Assembly: GCA_964016885.1 (NCBI GenBank)
Contig: OZ024741.1
Coordinates: 131,316,001 to 131,380,000, forward strand
Length of the DNA stretch: 64,000 nucleotides
Origin: Eledone cirrhosa
Taxonomy: Eukaryota
Direction: 5' to 3'
Shown: one piece after another, positions 54,843-64,000 of the stretch
Layout of the letters: every line of letters begins with the position of its first letter
How positions within the stretch are numbered: position 1 is the stretch's first letter
Position numbers and translations under genes: made by a program
The notes under the pieces: model-generated
Told to the model about the DNA's origin: nothing
Database searches by the model: none
Seen by the model: only the letters and a program-made list of their open reading frames with translations

Positions 54843-54843
<1 letters not shown>
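54034..54843 (+). mobile_element. Non-autonomous Helitron-like element, copy 2
   Basis: Begins TC (TCTATATATCTAAAACAGAGAATG). Ends with hairpin CCCGAGCAACGCCGGG and CTAG (54,840-54,843), followed by T. Confidence 0.8.
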
Positions 54844-54882
<39 letters not shown>

Positions 54883-54888
<6 letters not shown>

Positions 54889-54983
54889 GAAATGGCTTCT
54901 ACAGGGCTAGAACTGTTTAATTCAGGAGAAATGATTTCTCCCGAATGAAACAGTTATAGTCCTGTAGAAGCCATTTCTATATT
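54883..54983. repeat. 101-bp near-perfect palindrome
   Basis: 50-bp arms around G54,933 with 4 mismatches. Confidence 0.9.
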
Positions 54984-55053
54984 AAATATTTATACTCTGC
55001 TTTGTATTGAGTACCTTAGGTACTGTGACTACACCCGATTGAACCCGGGATAA

Positions 55054-55144
<91 letters not shown>

Positions 55145-55166
55145 ACACGCACGCCCCCCCCCACAC

Positions 55167-55204
<38 letters not shown>

Positions 55205-55373
55205 ATATAAATATAGTATTAAGGATACTATTTATGGTTATGTATATACTAAAACTTTTTATAGTTATATATATTTTAAACCCTAAACAGTGATAGACAG
55301 TAATTTATTACTACCTTATTACCAGTAAGATAAATAGCTCAATGTAATAACATCAGTTGTTCTACAGGGCAGT

Positions 55374-56000
55374 TATATAGAATTCACAGGAATCAAAGTT
55401 ATGTTCAAACCATTTATTAGCTTACAATTGTTTCATCCAAATCGAGGTTTGGAGTCTTCGGAGCATTTTTCAATGTTTGTATACATACATGACCTCCTTT
55501 CCAACGCAAGAGACATACAGATACATATGTATATATTGATGCACAGTGGGGTGACATATATTATTTCTGAATGGCAATTTAAATTCAAAATTCAAAAATT
55601 AAAATCATATTAAAACAGAATCAAAGCAAAATTAAAATTAAAATACAACATCGGCAGTTAACGTAGATAATGCAAGAGGATAGTTTGTTAGTCAGTTGTA
55701 GTAGTTACTGTATGCATTAGTTACACGTGGGGCATGCATGTGTGTCCTATTTATATATGATTATTGTGCGGCAGGGTGTTATATGCAATACAAGCACTTT
55801 AAGCGGATAATCAAGAGTATTATCAAGAGTATTATCAATATATACATATGTATCTGTATGTCTCTTGCGTTGGAAAGGAGGTCATGTATGTATACAAACA
55901 TTGAAAAATGCTCCGAAGACTCCAAACCTCGGTTTGGATGAATCAATTGTAAGCTAATAAATGGTTTGAACATAACTTTGATTCCTGTGAATTCTATATA
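55374..56000. repeat. Inverted repeat, 167-bp arms (55,374-55,540 and 55,834-56,000), each with a variant hammerhead motif
   Basis: Arms are near-identical reverse complements. Motif GCU-CCGAAGA-C-UCCAAA..UUUGGA-U-GAAA-CAAUUG-U-A-AGC at 55,420-55,464 (-) and 55,910-55,954 (+, GAAU variant). Confidence 0.9.
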
Positions 56001-56152
56001 TATATATAAATATATATATATAATTTACGTAGACAACCAAGCATATGTGCATAAGCACACCTGCACAGTGTCATATTTGTGACAGTATCGTATTAGCTCT
56101 ATGTACGAAACAGCCGTTATAGATAAAATAATTCAAAGAACGCCACATACTG

Positions 56153-56278
56153 ATACAATTTTTATTCGCTAACAATGTTTCATCCATACCGTGGGGCAGG
56201 AATTCTCAGAGCGTAATAAATAAAAATATAGTGCTGAATATAAGCTATACCGACCTTAGTCACCAGAACAGTAGAGAA
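56153..56278 (-). repeat. Inverted copy of the pLTR-like segment at 57,595-57,704
   Basis: Reverse complement match. Includes a hammerhead motif at 56,167-56,213 with core CUGAGAA. Confidence 0.85.
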
Positions 56279-56379
56279 ACAGTAGAGGATAGCATGAGGG
56301 AGATTGGGTATGAGAAGGATGGAAAGAATGCGTACTGGGTTTATGAGTCAACATTAAAACAAAACATGATAATACAATA

Positions 56380-56450
56380 ATTGTTTCTACTTTTGGCACA
56401 AGGCCAGCAATTACCAAGTGTATTACTGGTCTTTATTTTATCGACCCCTT
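56380..56450 (-). mobile_element. SINE 3' fragment
   Basis: TTGTTTCTACTTTTGGCACAAGGCCAGCAATTACC..TTTTATCGACCCC matches the other copies. Confidence 0.8.
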
Positions 56451-57643
56451 AAAGCGTAATACAGGCAGACTTTCCCACAAGAGACTGAGCCATGTGAAGG
56501 CACACAAAAGCAATCATAAGCACTTAAAGATAATTAAAAAAATAATTTTAAGAAAAATAATTTAAAAAATAATAAAAAAAATAATAAAAAATAATTAAAA
56601 GTAATTAAAAATAATAAAAAAAAAAAATTTAAAAGAAATTAAACATTTTCAAACAATTTTTAAAATAAAAAAATTAAAAAATATAAGTAAAAATAATTAA
56701 AAGTAATTAAAAATAATTAAAAACTAAAAATTAAAAATTAAAAAATAATTAAAAAAATACATAATATTTAAAGAATGGATAAAGGAAGAAATAAAATGAG
56801 GCATGTGAAGTATCAACAAAGGAGCGTATGCAATAGTTACTATAGAAGACAGGTGATTTAGTTTCCCATGCCTCAGAATCATGGAATACTATGAGATCCA
56901 TAACGTATCTTCAGAAGGTCTAAAGGGGATTTTATCCCCCCCCCCCTCATAGTAAGCGCAAACAGGGTATAGCAGTAGGTTCTGAAATTGTGTGGACAAG
57001 AGGTGTTAAACTTGCACATGGACAAGCGCCACACCGATTTGAGCCAAACACAGACAAAGCGGGGTTAATACATAAACAAGCTGAGGCAATCAAAACAAGC
57101 TGAAGCAATCAAAACACAACAAACATGGTTTAGTCACTGTTTAAGGCATATATGGTGAGAAGTCATAACACATGTGGATCAACCGTAGATGGTAATCCGG
57201 TCGGCGAGAGGTCATAACATATGAAGATCGTCCGTAGATGGTAATCCAACCGTATTCATATGTTCACCAATACAAACCAGCACATATGGTACTATGTGTT
57301 ACAAGCTGATTTTACACATCCAAATCCTCATACGCTCGAAACTTCAGATTGAGATGTGTTACATGTCCAAGTTATAACTCCAAATCCTCCTATGATTATA
57401 TGTAACACACTCCGCATTCCAATCGTAACCGCGTCCAAATATTGCTTGATTACACGCAGCAGTAAATTCTCGTTGACCCCTCGCGCGCAGCACGTGGATC
57501 AACAAGCAACATAGAAAATCACATAAAAATGCTCAGATCAGATCCCTAATTCCACCAGGCACAATAGCATCTCTGTCAATTGAGGTCGTACTTATTCTCT
57601 ACTGTTCTGGTGACTAAGTTCGGCACCATATTTTTATTTATTA

Positions 57644-57690
57644 CGCTCTGAGGATTCCTGCCCCACGGTATGGATGAAACATTGTTAGCG
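57644..57690 (+). ncRNA. Minimal type I hammerhead ribozyme candidate
   Basis: CGCU-CUGAGGA-U-UCCUGCC-CCAC-GGUAUGGA-U-GAAA-CAUUG-U-U-AGCG. Stem I is CGCU/AGCG and the cleavage triplet is GUU at 57,684-57,686. Confidence 0.7.
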
Positions 57691-57727
57691 AATAAAAATT
57701 GTATAATTATGTAGGCGTTCTTTGATT

Positions 57728-59760
<2,033 letters not shown>

Positions 59761-60022
59761 ATATATAACAATGTCAGATCTGAATTCCTCACCACCATTA
59801 ACACCTCACCTCTAGGTATTATCGGCCTATAAGTACCCCCACAGCATCTCACTCTTTGATCAGCTCATCACTCTACTTAACTCCTTTTTATCTCTAACTT
59901 TATACTATACAATAACTATTTAGAATAAACACAAAGCTAACACCTTTTAATATAACCACTATAGCTTGCTTATATTATATTCAGTAATGGATAGATAATA
60001 ATATGATGAGACACTTAATGTA

Positions 60023-60080
<58 letters not shown>

Positions 60081-60114
60081 CCGAAGGCATGGTATACATT
60101 TCCAATCATTTTAA

Positions 60115-60188
60115 TCACGACACATGTTTCAATAAGCGATAGATCGATCGTGTAGCAATGATCGATTATCACTGATCTCGTCAGGTGA
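60115..60188 (-). ncRNA. Type I hammerhead ribozyme candidate with long stem II
   Basis: Minus strand reads UCAC-CUGACGA-GAUCAGUGAUAAUCGAUC-(10-nt loop)-GAUCGAUCUAUCGCUUAUU-GAAA-CAUGUG-U-C-GUGA, with a canonical GUC cleavage triplet. Confidence 0.75.
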
Positions 60189-60629
60189 AAATGAATTGTC
60201 TTCAAATCCTTGATATGAGGGAGAAAATTAACGATGTTCACTCACAGAGTTTAGTCCCTCATATATATATATATTCTCCTCCGATTCTCGAGAATTATTC
60301 ACTTGTAAAAATCGGGTCAAGAAACAATCCACTAAACTGAGGGGGTCTCTTGTTAATCCTTATAACCTTACAGTGATGGTGCACTTCTATATTGCAGGAT
60401 TGCTGCAAAGAAATTTGGCGAAACTGCAGTCGGGACTTTGAAGAAAAAATAGGTATATTTTTGTCTATTATTTCCTCACACTTTTAATTTGATATATATA
60501 TAGAGAGAGAGACAGGAGTGGGGGTGATGGGAAAGATAGTTAGTTAAAATCCCGGTCGCAGCACCATCTCTTCATGCCATGCATTAAGTACTCTCATGAT
60601 TAGAGGTCTTTCGGTCTCAATACCACAGA

Positions 60630-60940
<311 letters not shown>

Positions 60941-63610
60941 AGACGATTTGGAGATACACAATTTAAAACTTTAAACTCCAAATTACATCAGTTGAAACAA
61001 CAACTCACAGCTACAACAGAAAGACTAAAATATAAGTCAACAGCCCATAAACGACAAGTGCTAAATAGATTGTTTGCCAGAGATCCTAAATCAGTTTATC
61101 GCAGCTTCGGTGGCAAAAGCTCAATCTCTGTAAATGACACCCCTTCAAAAGAACAGGTTGAGAGCTACTGGAGATCTGTATGGGAAACAGATGACGGATT
61201 CAACAGACAAACTAATTGGCTAAAAGAACTGGAACAGGACTACTGCCAACATGTCCAGACAAAACAATATGACATAGATGGGTCAATACTGGAAACAGCT
61301 CTACAGAAAATGTCAAATAGGAAATCACCAGGCCCAGACCTCATTACAGGATACTGGTTGAAGAATTTCACTTTCTATCGGCAAGATCTCATACGGCTGT
61401 TTACAGAAACCATTAAAGGCACACAAGAACTGCCCAGATGGTTATCAACTGCCACTACTCTCCTCATTCCCCAAAATAGGGAAACCACCCTTACTAAAAA
61501 TTACCGCCCAATAGCCTGCCAAAACATCATGTATAAATTATATACTGGGTGCCTTAACCTGTTCTTACAGGATCACTGTGCTACCAACAACAACATAACA
61601 CCTGAGCAAGCTGGTGGAAAGAGGGAGGTGTGGGATTGCATAGATCACCTCCTAACTAATAAAATGATTCAAGAAAAAACCACAAAGAATCGCAGAAACA
61701 TGACTGTGGTGTGGCTGGACTATCAAAAAGCATTTGATAGTGTACTTCATGGGTGGATTGTTAAAGCTTTACAATTAACCAAAGTCCCACAACCACTGGT
61801 AGCTGCTGTCGAACGTCTGACCAAGAACTGGTACACCAATTTGATCCTTAGAGGTGAGAAGGAGCAAGTTAAGACTGATAAGATACATTACCAGAGGGGC
61901 ATCTTTCAGGGTGATAGCTTGTCAGTGATACTCTTCGTTCTCTTACTAAATCCACTATCTTACCTACTCAGGAAACAAGGTGGACAAAGGAGTGGGTCCA
62001 GAAGTATCTTCCATCTTTTCTTTGTTGATGACCTGAAGTTGTATGGGCCAAATATCAATGACATCAAGAAACAATTGGACCTCATTACACAATTTTCAAC
62101 AGACATCAAAATGAAATTTGCTGAGTCCAAGTGTGCATATTTGGCAGTAAAACGTGGAAGAGCTGTGCCCTCCTCTAGAAATCTAGAGATGAACGGCCTG
62201 ACAATACAACCTCTACAGTCAGGTGACAACTACATATATCTTGGACAGGATGAGAATATCAGATATGATGGACCCATAAATAAGGAGAGAACCAGAACTG
62301 AATACCTCAGAAAAGTAAAGAAAATATGGTCATCAGAACTGTCAGCGTACAACAGATACATTGCTCACAATACTTATGCTGTGCCAATTCTAACACCAAC
62401 ATTTGGCCTGCTGAACTGTTTCATTGCAAGAACTAAGTGAGATGGATGTTAGAACTCGAAAACTTCTCAGTGTTACTGGGAACTTTAACATCAATGGTGA
62501 TGTGGATAGGCTATACTTCTCACGCAAGACAGGTGGCCGGGGTCTAAAATCCATATTAACATTATATGATACCCGGATAGTAACATCTTCAACAGAGGAA
62601 AAAGGTTGGCAACCATCTTGCCCAGGTTTATGAGCATGAAAAAAAAATCATTAGAATAGCCACTGATCTGGAGGAGAGATATGGAATAAAGCCTGATATA
62701 AATCTCTCACCCAGAGAAATCGTAAGATCCTATTCAATGTTCAAACAAGATGAAAAAATTGACCAATTTACAGAAAAAATTGTGCATGGATACTTGAGAC
62801 GTAAAACACAGACCATAGAGGGGATAAACCACTTAAAAAGCCTGGCATGGAGTTCCGACAAGTTTATGACATCACACCTTGAGAGATATCTCTATGCAAT
62901 ACAGGAACAAGAACTCCCTACCAAATATCTGCTGCACAAAAGGGGAGGGCCATAAGCTGACAATAAATGTAGGCTATGTAAAACAAAGATCAAGGATGTA
63001 AGCCACATTGTTGCCAGCTGCGAAAGAATGTCATCTCGCTACTACCTCCCCATGAGACACGATGGGATAGCTAGAACCATCTGGAACGCACTTCGGAAAA
63101 CAAAATTAACAACAAACGAGGAAGAAAATATTGAGACAGATGGCACTAAGGAATACTGGTGGAACCTGAAAATAAAAACTGCCGCAAAATTAAAGCACAA
63201 CCGGCCTGATATTGTTGTTTGGGATCACACATTGAAAACGTATTCTGTTGTGGAGATCAGCTGCCAACTTGATGTAAACGTTGTCAGAAAAATACAGGAG
63301 AAGGAGGACATTGATGAGGAGTTTACAAATCCAGTATCCAAGATACACCTTTAGCTTCATACCCATTATTATTGGAGCTACGGGTTATATACCAACCCGC
63401 TTGGACCAAAGAATGACTGAACTTCGATTTGCGGACAAAGAGCGCAGCTCCCTAATTCACAGTCTACAAATGGCTGCGATAACTGGCACCTTCAAAATTT
63501 GCAAAACATTCTTGCGATTCAAGGGATGAAAATTTCTTTACTTTTATAACCTTGCCACCAGTAAGGTGGCCGGTCAAAAAAATATACTCGAAATTAAGAG
63601 AAAGCGATAA
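60941..63610 (+). mobile_element. 5'-truncated, frameshifted R4/Dong-like non-LTR retrotransposon (RT + CCHC + RLE)
   Basis: RT motifs KSPGPD, NYRPIAC, LDYQKAFDSV, RGIFQGDSLS, HLFFVDDLKLY. Also RLYFSRKTGGRGL, CRLC....VSHIVASC, RHD, RPDIVVWD...VVEIS and IPIIIGATG. Stop at 63,529. Joins ORF-track pieces 60992..62440 through 63281..63529. Confidence 0.92.
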
Positions 63611-63629
63611 CATACATACATGCATGACG

Positions 63630-64000
63630 GCTGAAAACTCTGCTAAGAGTATTGCAATCGCTTGTCAGAATATAGAGTTTGGTGCACTTTTATGCTACCT
63701 ACCGCCAGCCACACAGACATGTAACATAGCCTGAACAATCATCGAAAACACTACCTGAAAAGGAGAACTAGTCAACATCATCGGGTGCTTCCAAAGCCGT
63801 AGGTTTTTTTTCAGAGTTTCCCTCTGAAAGGTGTTGTGACAACAACTGGGGGCCTTTCACTCCCAGGTGAACAAAACAAAAACTTCTATTTTTGGATGGC
63901 CGTTGACTCTGCTGAGTTCCTTCACCCTTTGCCGGGTCTTGTATTTCATCCCGCAGGCTGTCCAAATATCACCCTACTCACCAAGCTAACTTGGTGGGGC
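63630..64000 (-). mobile_element. Possible RTE-type LINE 5' remnant
   Basis: 63,893-64,000 is homologous to 43,803-43,908. Minus-strand KLYILTSDCNTLSR weakly resembles an APE N-terminus. Confidence 0.35.

Noticed and set aside
56520-56770. A-rich AAAAATAATT-type tract
   Set aside because: Low-complexity decay with no stable period or structure.

Overview
Eukaryotic, repeat-dominated window with no recognisable host protein-coding gene. The SINE family and microsatellite content resemble octopod (coleoid cephalopod) DNA, which is an inference from recalled repeat consensus. Bases 1-33,778 are one tandem array of a 60-bp, triplet-built unit (about 560 copies) with multi-kb higher-order duplications. 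Most ORF-track entries there are by-products of that composition. Bases 33.8-64 kb are a mosaic of microsatellites and mobile elements. These include a full-length but disabled L1/Tx1-clade LINE (36,041-41,963, minus strand) sitting in a (TAA)n tract shared with two R4/Dong-like RLE-LINE 3' ends and a SINE. Also present are a decayed Penelope-like element (RT + GIY-YIG), a 5'-truncated R4/Dong-like LINE flanked by (CATA)n, RTE remnants, about ten tRNA-SINE copies and two head-to-tail non-autonomous Helitrons. Read by eye, five unrelated type I hammerhead-ribozyme folds (seven copies) occur between 43 and 60 kb, several inside microsatellite-flanked inverted repeats. The most interesting signals are the hammerhead set, the microsatellite-targeted retroelement stack, and the giant satellite with open Asn/Asp and Thr frames. 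All folds and alignments were done manually and need computational confirmation.
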